A stretch of DNA of 64,000 nucleotides from positions 62,001 through 126,000 of IMG/VR virus record IMGVR_UViG_3300021963_000023. One strand, given 5' to 3'. The position numbers and the translations under genes were made by a program. The notes beneath the pieces are model-generated. The model saw only the letters and a program-made list of their open reading frames with translations, was not told where the DNA came from and made no database searches. Shown piece after piece: positions 17,581-27,580 of the stretch. Position 1 is the first letter of the stretch. Each line of letters starts with the position of its first letter.

Positions 17581-19314
17581 ATGGGAGCATTATTAGAATC
17601 AGGTATGGTAGGTAACATCGGTTTAAAACACCTTAGAGTTATCAAAGAAGATACCATCAAAAAATGGGATGACTTAGGATTCCTAGAAGGCCTAGACGGT
17701 CATCAAAAAGATAACATCGCGCAATTGTATGAAAACCAAGCGTCTTACTTAATCAACGAAGCAGCAGTTTCTGACGCTTCTGGTTCTTTCGAGACAGTGG
17801 TATTCCCAATTATCCGCCGTGTATTCTCTAAATTATTAGCAAACGATATCGTTTCTGTACAAGCAATGAACTTACCAATTGGTAAATTGTTCTACTTCGT
17901 ACCTAAAATTCAAGAAAGACAATCAGGCGCACACACTGCACCTTATGGTATGCCAGGTAATTCTGACGCATCTACCTTAGGTTATAGCACTGGTACCAAC
18001 GATCCAAGAAGTTTATATGATCGTTTTTACGAAGCAAATGATGCTGCTGATACTGGTATCTATGATTATTCTAAAGGAGCTTACTCTGCAGTAACTTTAA
18101 CAGGTGCTACAGTTGTAACTTTCGCTAACGGAGCAACTACAGATGTAGCTAACGCTAACGTAACAGGTACTTCAGTTTCTGACTTAATCATTAAATTCAC
18201 AGGATTTGCAAAAGATGGTCAAGGTAAATTAATCGGGCCAAATGGTTCTGTAATGGATACTGAAGATTTCTTAGCTTCTGCTGTAGTTAACTACGCAGGT
18301 GTAGCAAGAAACTTTAACATTGTTACACAAAAATATGGTAAAGGTATTGTTGAATATGGTCAAAAATCAACTTCAGCATCATATCCTTCAGGAAGATACC
18401 AAGATATTTGTGATGAAGAAGGTACAATTTACATAAAAGTAGATTTACAATCTTACAGCGCAACTTCAGGTTTCTCTAACCTTACTGTTCCTTCAGGTTT
18501 CACTTCAGCTGGTGTAACATTAGTTTTCAGAGTTTACGATTCATTAGAATTTGAAGATCAAATTGGTGAAGTATCTTTTGATTTAGCTTCTGTAACAGTT
18601 TCTGTAACTGAAAGAAAATTAAGAGCTAGCTGGTCTCCAGAATTAGCACAAGACGTTTCTGCGTTTCATAACATCGATGCTGAAGCTGAATTAACAGCTT
18701 TATTATCTGAGCAAATCGCTGCTGAGGTTGACCGTGAAATTTTACGTGACCTTAGAAAAGGTGCTGCTTGGACTGCTAAGTGGGATTATAACGAGTGGAA
18801 ATATGGTGCAACTGGAAGCACTCCGTTCATGGGTTATACTCAGAAGGATTGGAACCAAACATTGGTTACTAAAATTAACCAATTATCAGCTCAAATTCAC
18901 AAGACTACATTAAGAGGTGGTGCAAACTGGATCGTTGTTTCTTCAGAAGTTTCTGCAGTATTCGATGATTTAGAGTATTTCCACGTATCTAATGCAGGTC
19001 CAGAGCAAGATCAGTACAACATGGGTATCGAGAAAGTTGGTACACTTGCTGGACGTTATCAAGTATACCGTGATCCATACTTACCAGCAGGTAAGATCCT
19101 TGTAGGTCACAAAGGTAAGTCACTATTAGACGCAGGTTATATCTACGCTCCATATGTGCCGTTACAGTTAACTCCAACAATGTACAATCCATTTAACATG
19201 ACTCCGATCAAAGGTATCATGACACGTTACGCAAAGAAAATGGTGAACAACCGTTACTTCGGTGTAATCAACGTAAGTGGTTTACAAACGTTCGATATGA
19301 ATACTTTAAGATAA
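17581..19314 (+). CDS. major capsid protein (T4 gp23-like)
   Basis: VSVQAMNLPIG, RKLRASWSPELAQD, EVDREI, YAPYVPL, GIMTRY. Confidence 0.97.
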   Translation: MGALLESGMVGNIGLKHLRVIKEDTIKKWDDLGFLEGLDGHQKDNIAQLYENQASYLINEAAVSDASGSFETVVFPIIRRVFSKLLANDIVSVQAMNLPIGKLFYFVPKIQERQSGAHTAPYGMPGNSDASTLGYSTGTNDPRSLYDRFYEANDAADTGIYDYSKGAYSAVTLTGATVVTFANGATTDVANANVTGTSVSDLIIKFTGFAKDGQGKLIGPNGSVMDTEDFLASAVVNYAGVARNFNIVTQKYGKGIVEYGQKSTSASYPSGRYQDICDEEGTIYIKVDLQSYSATSGFSNLTVPSGFTSAGVTLVFRVYDSLEFEDQIGEVSFDLASVTVSVTERKLRASWSPELAQDVSAFHNIDAEAELTALLSEQIAAEVDREILRDLRKGAAWTAKWDYNEWKYGATGSTPFMGYTQKDWNQTLVTKINQLSAQIHKTTLRGGANWIVVSSEVSAVFDDLEYFHVSNAGPEQDQYNMGIEKVGTLAGRYQVYRDPYLPAGKILVGHKGKSLLDAGYIYAPYVPLQLTPTMYNPFNMTPIKGIMTRYAKKMVNNRYFGVINVSGLQTFDMNTLR

Positions 19315-19335
19315 TCTTAAAATTATCATAATAAG

Positions 19336-19362
19336 AACCCTCACAGAAATGTGGGGGTTTTT
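19336..19362 (+). terminator. intrinsic terminator after capsid gene
   Basis: AACCCTCAC/GTGGGGGTT stem followed by Ts. Confidence 0.8.
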
Positions 19363-19380
19363 TATTTTTATAAAATTCCT

Positions 19381-19388
19381 TATATTTG
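19381..19388 (+). promoter_or_regulatory. Bacteroidetes-type -7 promoter element
   Basis: TATATTTG matches TAnnTTTG, 5 nt before ATG 19394. Confidence 0.55.
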
Positions 19389-19393
19389 TGTTT

Positions 19394-19711
19394 ATGGGTG
19401 AAATTGTAGATTATAGTAAACTTAGATTAGATGTCCTTGAAAAAATGATATACCAACGAGGTATTGACTGTAAATTGAAGAAGGATGAAATGATAAGAAT
19501 GCTTAAACTATATGACGAGGGTAAGTATGTGGAGCCAATGTTGGAAACCACCTATGACAAATATGAAAGTGGGTTTACTATAGGCATTGATTTAAAAAAT
19601 CATATACAATTGGTACAAATGGGTAAATTGGTTGAAAAAAAAGAAGCTAAGAGATTAAATCGTTATGCTTCTGGTAGGGTCTATTACTGGGGCCCAAATA
19701 AGCTCATTTAA
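19394..19711 (+). CDS. protein with N-terminal SAP/HeH-like nucleic-acid-binding motif
   Basis: YSKLRLDVLEKMIYQRGIDCKLKKDEMIRML; start moved to ATG 19394 because 19349 lies in the terminator. Confidence 0.55.
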   Translation: MGEIVDYSKLRLDVLEKMIYQRGIDCKLKKDEMIRMLKLYDEGKYVEPMLETTYDKYESGFTIGIDLKNHIQLVQMGKLVEKKEAKRLNRYASGRVYYWGPNKLI

Positions 19712-20238
19712 GAGACTTTCTTTTGATTCTTGACCTCTTCATGGCTTGGCTCAAGATAAGCCTCAATTAGGTCATGAAACTCCCTATAAACATCTGCTTT
19801 GTTTTCTGGTGTAATCTTTAAAACATATTTATTGGTTCTGGTTATATCTAACATCTCATTTACGTCTGTAGTAACCACATCAGCATCCTTTATTGAATCT
19901 TCAGCATAAAAAGAGACACCATCTTCAAATAATTGGGTATCATCATCAAATTCTCTGTATGATTCTTCCCAAGAATCTTCATCTTCAAAATCCGGATCAT
20001 CATCATTTACCCAATGGTAATCCCCTTGATAATACTCATGTGGAACATCCTCAATATCAATAATATACGTTTCTTTAGTTTCTTTTTTTCTTACTAATGC
20101 TAATCCCATACCATAATCACTATATGTGATTAAAACATCATATATTGGCGTTCTATCATCATATGCATCATCAACAAATCCGAAACCATCACTATATGAC
20201 TCAAGTAAATTTTTTGCTATATTAACTAAACTAATCAT
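19708..20238 (-). CDS. acidic hypothetical protein, possible internal head protein
   Basis: ATG 20238 overlaps upstream stop (TAATG); leader MISLVNIAKNLLE. Confidence 0.65.
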   Translation of the reverse strand: MISLVNIAKNLLESYSDGFGFVDDAYDDRTPIYDVLITYSDYGMGLALVRKKETKETYIIDIEDVPHEYYQGDYHWVNDDDPDFEDEDSWEESYREFDDDTQLFEDGVSFYAEDSIKDADVVTTDVNEMLDITRTNKYVLKITPENKADVYREFHDLIEAYLEPSHEEVKNQKKVS

Positions 20239-20987
20239 TACCAAGTTTTACATGCCCAATAACGAGGCTTCCAACGTGGGCCAGGATTAGCGCAATTGTG
20301 TCTCGCTCTAAAAGACTTACGTCTTGCAGGGTTATTTTTTTTAATTACCATTCTTTTACCTTTAGCAGATTTACCACCAAAACCAAAGTTTACTTTTACA
20401 ACCTTACCCTTATCATTTTTAACATAAACCTTAAACTTTTTAACATCACCTTGCATGATTTTACCTAACTGAACTTTACGTCCTTGGTATTCTGCTTCAT
20501 TTAATATATTATTAAAGACAAAATTGGTATTCTGTACAGAACCATCTTGATCTTCATATATTAATACGGGGGTTTCTTCATTGTATTCAAACAACCTATT
20601 AAATTGATCTTCAGATATTTGAATAATTTTTCTTCTTTTAATGCTTTCATCAAATTTTACCATGGTTGGTTTGTTTCCTTTCCCAACTTTGGGATCTTTC
20701 TTTTCTGCTCTTCTTTTTTGTGATGTCATTGCTTTCTTTTCTTTTTTATCATAAGATGAAGCAACTTTTGGGGTTTCTTTAGATACTTTTTTAGAAGGTC
20801 TACATTTTGGATAAGATTTTCCGTCAGCATCTTTTCTACCACAAGGTGGGTGTTTACCATCTACCTTTTTACTAACGTCTACCCATTTTTCTTTAAACCA
20901 TCTCCTAAGGTCTTCTTGTAAGACTTCTCCAGATCTTAATGACTCTTCGATATATTTTTTATCTTCCTTTGAAACGATGATTTTCAT
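20238..20987 (-). CDS. basic two-module protein, possible internal head polyprotein
   Basis: Start at ATG 20987; modules LRRWFKEKWVDV..CGR..YPKCRP and KKFKVYV..VNFG..RRKSFRARHNC..YWAC..W. Confidence 0.65.
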   Translation of the reverse strand: MKIIVSKEDKKYIEESLRSGEVLQEDLRRWFKEKWVDVSKKVDGKHPPCGRKDADGKSYPKCRPSKKVSKETPKVASSYDKKEKKAMTSQKRRAEKKDPKVGKGNKPTMVKFDESIKRRKIIQISEDQFNRLFEYNEETPVLIYEDQDGSVQNTNFVFNNILNEAEYQGRKVQLGKIMQGDVKKFKVYVKNDKGKVVKVNFGFGGKSAKGKRMVIKKNNPARRKSFRARHNCANPGPRWKPRYWACKTW

Positions 20988-20988
20988 G

Positions 20989-21519
20989 TTATTTACATTT
21001 TTTCCATCCACCACCCTTAGCTTTATAATTCTTAGCTGCCCAACCATTTGCGTAGGCACTAGGATACACATCAAACTTAGCTTTAGCTGCCGCTTTAGAT
21101 GCCGACCATTTTGCTGGGTCAGTAGGGCAATTTTTACTTTCGTCAATTTCTTCTTCCGATTCTTTCTTTGGTTTAATACCTTTTTTCTTCATATTAACAG
21201 CAATTGCGGCCTGTTTAGCTGAGCTAGAAGCCTCATTAACATTACTTTGATTTTCACCTTCTATTTGAAGTTTAACAAAATTAGCAACCTCTTCAATATC
21301 ATCTTTAGATGTTGTGATATGGTCACCAGCCCATGCGTGTTCACCAGTAACTAATTTGGGGAACATACTATGATGCTTGTATTTTAAGATGATTTGTATA
21401 TCATCCATTATTTGTTGAAGGTTCTGTAAAACCATATAAGTACCTTTTTCGGTAATATGTTCTTCTCCTTCTTGTATGATTTGTGTAAGGTGTTTTCTCA
21501 CAATTTTATTGATTTCCAT
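20989..21519 (-). CDS. modular protein with basic C-terminal module
   Basis: Start at ATG 21519 after TATTTATA; C-terminal KAKFDVYPSAYANGW...YKAKGGGW. Confidence 0.65.
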   Translation of the reverse strand: MEINKIVRKHLTQIIQEGEEHITEKGTYMVLQNLQQIMDDIQIILKYKHHSMFPKLVTGEHAWAGDHITTSKDDIEEVANFVKLQIEGENQSNVNEASSSAKQAAIAVNMKKKGIKPKKESEEEIDESKNCPTDPAKWSASKAAAKAKFDVYPSAYANGWAAKNYKAKGGGWKKCK

Positions 21520-21532
21520 GTTTATAAATATT

Positions 21533-22906
21533 TTACTTTTCTGAGACAATCTCAAATTTTATTACATCATTATAATATATGTATTCGTTATGCTTCTTAC
21601 CCTTAATTTCCAGATAGTATTCTCTTGGTATTAAATAAGATGTGTCTAACATAAATGAATTTTCATTTGTTTTATCAAGTACTGTCCAATCGAAGACATT
21701 TACATTTGTTTTACCCTCTCTAATGTATATTCTATAGAAAACCTCATCAAATAGAACATTTTGAGGTGTATCAATTGACCTGAATGTGGTAACAATTTTT
21801 CTTATTTCACCACTTTTAATCTTTTCATTTAGTTTTATTCCAAAAAATTGAACAGAATACCTTTCTAGTTCTTTAATGTTTTCACCAACACTAAAATTAA
21901 AAGTATATGGTTTAGGTACAAATTTTTGTACAACGGGATTGATACCAACACCGTCTAGAATTAACCCCTTCCATTTATCATAGTAAAACCTCTTACCATC
22001 ACATAAAACACCCGTTAAACCAAATGTAACCTTGTATACCCCTTTTCTTATTTTAGTTGTTGTTAGGTTTCCTAACCCAGAAAGAACAGCGCCATTGCTG
22101 TCAGTTATATCTACAGTTGGTAATGTTGCTAGGTTATAAAAATTATTACCTTTTGTAACATATAAGTATAAATTTTGATTTACCTTTTCTATAAAGTTTT
22201 GTCTATTATCGTCTATTGAGTCTTTAAAATCAGTTTCAACAAATGGTTCAAAAAATGTTTGTGTATATTTTGTGAAAAAAGCAACAGATTGGTCAACTTC
22301 AGATTCAATGTCTTGATATAAAACGGAGAATGCCAACCCTAATCCGTGATCAGTATTACCTGAAACAATTATTCCATTTACATAATTAGTGATATCTGCT
22401 GAGATATCCTCATTACCATTATCAAAATGAATTGTTTTAATTATAACTGGGGCGTTAATATACACCCCTTGGCTGGTCCATGAATCAAGGGTTGTTCTGT
22501 TAAACCAGTTTGAGGGCCTTTCGTCAAAAGTGTTGTTACCATCGGCGAAGTCATAAACTTGAGCTTCATAATCAAAACCGATACCCTCATCCCAATATTC
22601 TGGGACTTTAAATATGATTAAATCAAATGAGGCCGTTCTATCCCTACCTCTACCATTTTTTTGTCTAAGTAATGTCTCATCCCCAAAAATAGTGTTTGTT
22701 AAATGTAATTTATGTGTTGTGCCACTAGTAATGACAAATTCACCAGAACTTACTTTATTTTTCAATTCTGTAAAATCAACTTTAAAAATAAATTTAGAAA
22801 AAGTTGAACCATATATAAGTTCAGTATTAGGGTTCTTTGAGGTATTAACCTGAGAATCCTTTAAAATGGTGTTGTTTTTCTCGAAGTAAGAGCGAAAATA
22901 TGACAT
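21533..22906 (-). CDS. probable virion structural protein
   Basis: 457 aa, beta-rich, late motif upstream, next to baseplate spike gene. Confidence 0.55.
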   Translation of the reverse strand: MSYFRSYFEKNNTILKDSQVNTSKNPNTELIYGSTFSKFIFKVDFTELKNKVSSGEFVITSGTTHKLHLTNTIFGDETLLRQKNGRGRDRTASFDLIIFKVPEYWDEGIGFDYEAQVYDFADGNNTFDERPSNWFNRTTLDSWTSQGVYINAPVIIKTIHFDNGNEDISADITNYVNGIIVSGNTDHGLGLAFSVLYQDIESEVDQSVAFFTKYTQTFFEPFVETDFKDSIDDNRQNFIEKVNQNLYLYVTKGNNFYNLATLPTVDITDSNGAVLSGLGNLTTTKIRKGVYKVTFGLTGVLCDGKRFYYDKWKGLILDGVGINPVVQKFVPKPYTFNFSVGENIKELERYSVQFFGIKLNEKIKSGEIRKIVTTFRSIDTPQNVLFDEVFYRIYIREGKTNVNVFDWTVLDKTNENSFMLDTSYLIPREYYLEIKGKKHNEYIYYNDVIKFEIVSEK

Positions 22907-22929
22907 CTTTTTATTTAATAAATATCAAA

Positions 22930-24414
22930 TTAATTTATTCTTATCGAAGAATTAATCATATCTATCTTGGAACGCTCTATTAAGCGCTTTAAGCTGTCTG
23001 TGGTGGCTTTAAAATACTTTGGTGGTGTTATGATACCATGCGTGTGATTGAGTAAAATAAGGGTAATTAATTCAAGGATTTCAATTAATTTCTCACCCCT
23101 AACGGTTGAAAAGGTATTTGGTAGTATTCTCATTAAATAATCTTCCTGAGTATACTCATATTTGTCTAATGACCCAAAATCTATGCTTTTACCATCAACC
23201 CCACTATTGACCGTTGACATATGGATAATTTGATCTGCAGTTATTGCTGCAAATGTTTGATCAACATCACTTACTCTCTTAAGGTATGGGACTTCCTTTT
23301 TTTGACTAATAATCGGTACTTCGATTGATGTTCTACTATAAATTAAGCCATATCCACCGGTTTTGCTAAGATAAAATACATTCGATAGAAATTCAGCAGA
23401 TCCAAGTTGTCCTCTTAAATCGTTTTTTGGTCTAAAGTAAAATGGATGTGCTGGGATGTCTTGAAGTGTTGGTTCAATAATTTTTAAATTTTCCCTGTCA
23501 ACTCTAGATATAAAATCTCTAATAAGAATATATGCTTCTTGTTGTTTGCTTGTTGACTCTAATGTTTGAGTATCCTCGTATATTAACTCCGCAGTATTTA
23601 CTAAGTCAATTTCCGTGTTTAACCCAAAAACGTCTGTTTTATATTTTTCTCCAAAAGTTTTATTTATTCTGTAAATATAAAATGTTAATTCAGTAGGTGA
23701 TAAAACATTATCCATTTTGTATTCTATAACATGTTTAATATCTGTTCTACTTACAACACTATCAACAATTATTTGTTTATCTAGTTGTAATGTTTGCGGG
23801 AATTTCTTTATACTTAATTTAGCTTGTTTTTTAGAATATATTGGATATTTTGAAAGCTCATTTTTGAACTTTGGGTTAGTTGCAAATTTATCAACTAATT
23901 TACCAGCCCTAAGTTGTACACCGTGTTCTGTTAATATAACATCCGACCCATAGTTACCAACAAGACCAATATCATTTAACTTTGGTAATGTTCCAACAGA
24001 TTCAGCTCTAATGAAACCATCATCAAATGATTTTTTTTCACCAGTAAATGATTTAATAGCTGGTGATTTCTCTGACCTTTTAGAATATGTTGTTTCCGTT
24101 AACTGTGATAATTCATTTTGGTATGTATAGTCAAATGTTGTTGTAAATGGACCTGGGATATATTCCTGATTTTGTAAAGATTTCTCATTATCATATCTGA
24201 TAATTTTTACGGCTTGTTCCTTTTGTGGTATAATGTTGATATGTGTTGGTAGAAATGGAGAATAAACAAATGGATCGTCTTTACTCCATTGCTCCCAAAC
24301 TGGTATAGATTTAGATCTATCACTCTCTGTTTCAGAAATATCTCTTATTCTAATTCTACCAATACCTCTTGGATCTTTGTTGTCAACACAAATACCAATA
24401 TCAATTATTTTCAT
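22930..24414 (-). CDS. baseplate central spike (gp5/gpV-like)
   Basis: N-terminal OB-fold motif GICVDNKDPRGIGRIRIR and C-terminal HTH (HxH) tip motif. Confidence 0.7.
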   Translation of the reverse strand: MKIIDIGICVDNKDPRGIGRIRIRDISETESDRSKSIPVWEQWSKDDPFVYSPFLPTHINIIPQKEQAVKIIRYDNEKSLQNQEYIPGPFTTTFDYTYQNELSQLTETTYSKRSEKSPAIKSFTGEKKSFDDGFIRAESVGTLPKLNDIGLVGNYGSDVILTEHGVQLRAGKLVDKFATNPKFKNELSKYPIYSKKQAKLSIKKFPQTLQLDKQIIVDSVVSRTDIKHVIEYKMDNVLSPTELTFYIYRINKTFGEKYKTDVFGLNTEIDLVNTAELIYEDTQTLESTSKQQEAYILIRDFISRVDRENLKIIEPTLQDIPAHPFYFRPKNDLRGQLGSAEFLSNVFYLSKTGGYGLIYSRTSIEVPIISQKKEVPYLKRVSDVDQTFAAITADQIIHMSTVNSGVDGKSIDFGSLDKYEYTQEDYLMRILPNTFSTVRGEKLIEILELITLILLNHTHGIITPPKYFKATTDSLKRLIERSKIDMINSSIRIN

Positions 24415-24608
24415 TTATATCTTTTATTTAATTCACCATTAATGTTATTATATAATACCTCGATTGATTCTAATTGTCTTGTTAATTCAATAATTATTTC
24501 TTTTGTTTTATCAAATTCAGAAATTAAAAAATCTCTGGCATCAACAAGATCTTTGTTACCTATGTTTATAACATCATTCCCAATTTCTATAACCTTATTT
24601 AATTCCAT
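24411..24608 (-). CDS. small coiled-coil hypothetical protein
   Basis: 65 aa ORF coupled to both neighbours. Confidence 0.65.
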   Translation of the reverse strand: MELNKVIEIGNDVINIGNKDLVDARDFLISEFDKTKEIIIELTRQLESIEVLYNNINGELNKRYK

Positions 24609-24609
24609 A

Positions 24610-26493
24610 TTATGTTAATTTACCGTGTGCTTTTAATAAACCTGGAGGTATGATCGCAACCCCACCTAATGGTGCCACAGGTATTTGTGCGTAATCTAAA
24701 CTTACCTGAACAAAAGAGTTTTGATCCATTTCTTTTTGGTGACCTTTAATTATAGATGAAAAAAACGCCACAACATTGTTGTCTTGGCCATATAAGTCAC
24801 CTGTAGGTATTCCATTAGCTTCCAACAATTCCCCAACATTCATAATTGCTCTATCTTCACTATATCCTGGAAGCATTTTTGATACCTGTAACAATAATCC
24901 AGGTATTTTTTGCGTTATCCCAACTTTTAATAAATTTAATAATTGTAAAATAGCATTATAAAAATCCTCACATGAGGCAATACCAATAAAAGGAACTAGG
25001 GCAGATAAAATATCAATTAACGCGGTTAATATTACAAGGTATCTTTTTTTAGAATTTTTTAATATTTTTTTAGCTAAATCTTTTAAAATTAATGCTAATT
25101 GAGGTTTAACTTTTGTCCAAAAAACGGTTAAAAATTTATTAAAAATATCTTTAATAATATTATAAACCATTTTAGTTAAATTCTTAATAATTGTTTGTAT
25201 TGATGAAATAGCATTGATTGCACCAGATTTTATTATTTTCCAAAGAACAACAATGGGAAAAAACATTTTTGCTGAAAATATAGACGATATTAACGCCTTG
25301 GGTAAATTCTTTAAAGCATTAAAATCTAGGTTAGCAGCAAATTGTGGATACGGTATTGATAAATTTTTACTTGCAGCGTCCTTTGCTACCTTTGATAATG
25401 CACTATTGTATAAATCGGTAATATCGGTTTTAGTTGTGGAAAAAAACGCAAACTCTTCAACAATACCCTGGTTAACTGGAATTGTAAAATTATTACAATC
25501 GGTGAATCTTAATACTTTTTGATACCTTAAGTTTTCATCATCAATGTCAATACCTTCAACATCATCAAAGTTAAAAAATGCACCAAAATCTATATCACCC
25601 TCATTAAACTGATTAACAGCATTCTGTTTTAATCCACTATTTTCTGATTTAGCACAAACAGCGCATATTTTATCAATAACTCTGGTTAACTTATTCATGT
25701 TAACATCATAGCTACTATTTGTCACATTAATACCGCCGACGGGAATTAACATTGAAAAACTATTCTTCAACACATCCGAAATTTTTGGAAACTCAATAGA
25801 TTCATAATATTTTGTAATAAACTGATCGATAGTCGTTCCAGCTCCTTGAAGCCCATCTATTTTATATTTTTGAATTGCACTGTCCCACTCTAAAGAAAAT
25901 AACTGAGTTTCATCTATTGATTTAAATATATGAACACCGCCACTAAACTTTTCATAAAATATTTTATTCATTTTTACTTTATCACCATTGGCTTGTGTAC
26001 CTTCATATATTATTTTACCTAACCCTGTTTGAGGATCTGTTTGTAACATATCTAAAAGATCAAACTCTTTTGGTGAAATTGTTAATCCACTAACCGGCAT
26101 CGCGGTTGTTGTTCCACAGTTCATATCACTGTCACTGGCAAAAAATAGTTTTCTAACATTATCTAAAAAAATAGGCTTAACAGCTTCGGTTGTTTCTTTA
26201 ACAGATTCTCTGGTAATTCTTCTTAACATACTTTCCCCGTCTTTTTGTTTTACGGGGAGGATCTTCTGTAGATCAGATGTGATTTTTTCAAATATATTTT
26301 CAACATTTGGTAATTTCTGTTTTGCCTTATCTGCATAACTTTCTAATGTACCACCAATCTGTCCTTGTAAATTTTCTAAGGTATCGTCATATTTCTTCAA
26401 TAGATCATCAACACCCTTTTTTGTATCATTGGCTTGTTGAATAATTTTAAACTTGGATTTAATCTCCCTTTGTTTACTTTTTAAATCTATCAT
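24610..26493 (-). CDS. hypothetical protein, probably structural
   Basis: 627 aa ORF in the spike operon, hydrophobic amphipathic helices in C-terminal half. Confidence 0.55.
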   Translation of the reverse strand: MIDLKSKQREIKSKFKIIQQANDTKKGVDDLLKKYDDTLENLQGQIGGTLESYADKAKQKLPNVENIFEKITSDLQKILPVKQKDGESMLRRITRESVKETTEAVKPIFLDNVRKLFFASDSDMNCGTTTAMPVSGLTISPKEFDLLDMLQTDPQTGLGKIIYEGTQANGDKVKMNKIFYEKFSGGVHIFKSIDETQLFSLEWDSAIQKYKIDGLQGAGTTIDQFITKYYESIEFPKISDVLKNSFSMLIPVGGINVTNSSYDVNMNKLTRVIDKICAVCAKSENSGLKQNAVNQFNEGDIDFGAFFNFDDVEGIDIDDENLRYQKVLRFTDCNNFTIPVNQGIVEEFAFFSTTKTDITDLYNSALSKVAKDAASKNLSIPYPQFAANLDFNALKNLPKALISSIFSAKMFFPIVVLWKIIKSGAINAISSIQTIIKNLTKMVYNIIKDIFNKFLTVFWTKVKPQLALILKDLAKKILKNSKKRYLVILTALIDILSALVPFIGIASCEDFYNAILQLLNLLKVGITQKIPGLLLQVSKMLPGYSEDRAIMNVGELLEANGIPTGDLYGQDNNVVAFFSSIIKGHQKEMDQNSFVQVSLDYAQIPVAPLGGVAIIPPGLLKAHGKLT

Positions 26494-26867
26494 TATAACT
26501 CATATTTTTGACCTTTGTCGTTATCGTTGTCCCCAACTAACTTCTCAAGTAATTCTCGATCTTCATCGGTAAGTGTCATTTTACCTGGTGAGAATTTCTC
26601 TGACGATCCGCCACCCTTTTGTATAAGCGCGTTTTGAATTTTAACTAAAGAGATTTTCTTTTCAGTGCACTCATTTAGTATTTTTTGTTGTTCTTTAATT
26701 ACTGGCCCAATAACAGACATATCTTCAGATTCTTTCATAAAAGAAAGCATCTTTTTCATTATCAGTGTGGCCGTGTTTTTTTGCTCTACAATGTCATGGT
26801 AGATCTCTTGCATCAATGATAGCGCAGATTCTGTATCTATCGCTAAGTTTTTCTTAGGTGGTCTCAT
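26493..26867 (-). CDS. hypothetical helical protein
   Basis: 124 aa ORF with late motif 3 nt upstream. Confidence 0.65.
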   Translation of the reverse strand: MRPPKKNLAIDTESALSLMQEIYHDIVEQKNTATLIMKKMLSFMKESEDMSVIGPVIKEQQKILNECTEKKISLVKIQNALIQKGGGSSEKFSPGKMTLTDEDRELLEKLVGDNDNDKGQKYEL

Positions 26868-26881
26868 ATCAATAAATAGGT

Positions 26882-27580
26882 TTATTCTAAAAATCCACCT
26901 AAAACACCGTCATATAAAAGTTTATATCTTTTAAGGGATATTCTAATTTCTTTTGTTGATAATGATGTCATCTCTCTTAGAGACAGGAGGATTAAATTCT
27001 TATTGAACTTATTGCCATCACCTATTTGAAATATTTGGTCAAAATTGCTAAATATTTCTAAGAGGGCATAGCCTAGTTTTTTCTCATTATCCGTTAGATC
27101 TTCTTTTTCAATAAAATCTTCCAATTTGTTGGTTAGATTGATTATAACATTGGTATAATCTATATGATACTCATCAATTGTATATGAAAACTCAACCCTG
27201 CTTTCAATATCTTCAGATATGTCCTCATATGAAATACTCCTATTTTGCTCCTTGGTATCTTTTTGGATTGCCCCCATTAAGTAGTTCTTACAAATGGTTC
27301 CAAAATAGGAATAGGCTTTGTGGTTTTTTGTGTGATCAAACTTGTTGATCTTAGTTATTAAAAAAGACATGGTATCAGTATGAATCTCTTCAAATTCCAT
27401 GTCTTTTCTGTATAGTTTATAACGTCGAATAATTGATTCGACCATTATAATTAGGGGTTCACGTAAATATTCGTTGAATATCTTATTCCTTTCCGCATCG
27501 TCAGTACTTTCTAAGTATTTAACTACTGCCTTTTCTTGATCCTCCCCAAAATAAACTTTTTGGGTTCTTTTTCTTGGCAT
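26882..27580 (-). CDS. phage sigma factor, T4 gp55-like (late transcription)
   Basis: Region-2-like KINKFDHTKNHKAYSYFGTICKNYL resembles gp55 FD....N.F.YFT. Confidence 0.65.
   Translation of the reverse strand: MPRKRTQKVYFGEDQEKAVVKYLESTDDAERNKIFNEYLREPLIIMVESIIRRYKLYRKDMEFEEIHTDTMSFLITKINKFDHTKNHKAYSYFGTICKNYLMGAIQKDTKEQNRSISYEDISEDIESRVEFSYTIDEYHIDYTNVIINLTNKLEDFIEKEDLTDNEKKLGYALLEIFSNFDQIFQIGDGNKFNKNLILLSLREMTSLSTKEIRISLKRYKLLYDGVLGGFLE

Noticed and set aside
20032-20047. Second parS-like sequence (ATACTCATGTGGAACA)
   Set aside because: Only the right half matches and it lies inside a coding region
20987-21146. Extended N-termini in the ORF track (also 10394, 19349, 21555, 35054, 36935, 1430)
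   Set aside because: They overlap neighbouring genes, terminators or promoter motifs; downstream starts fit better
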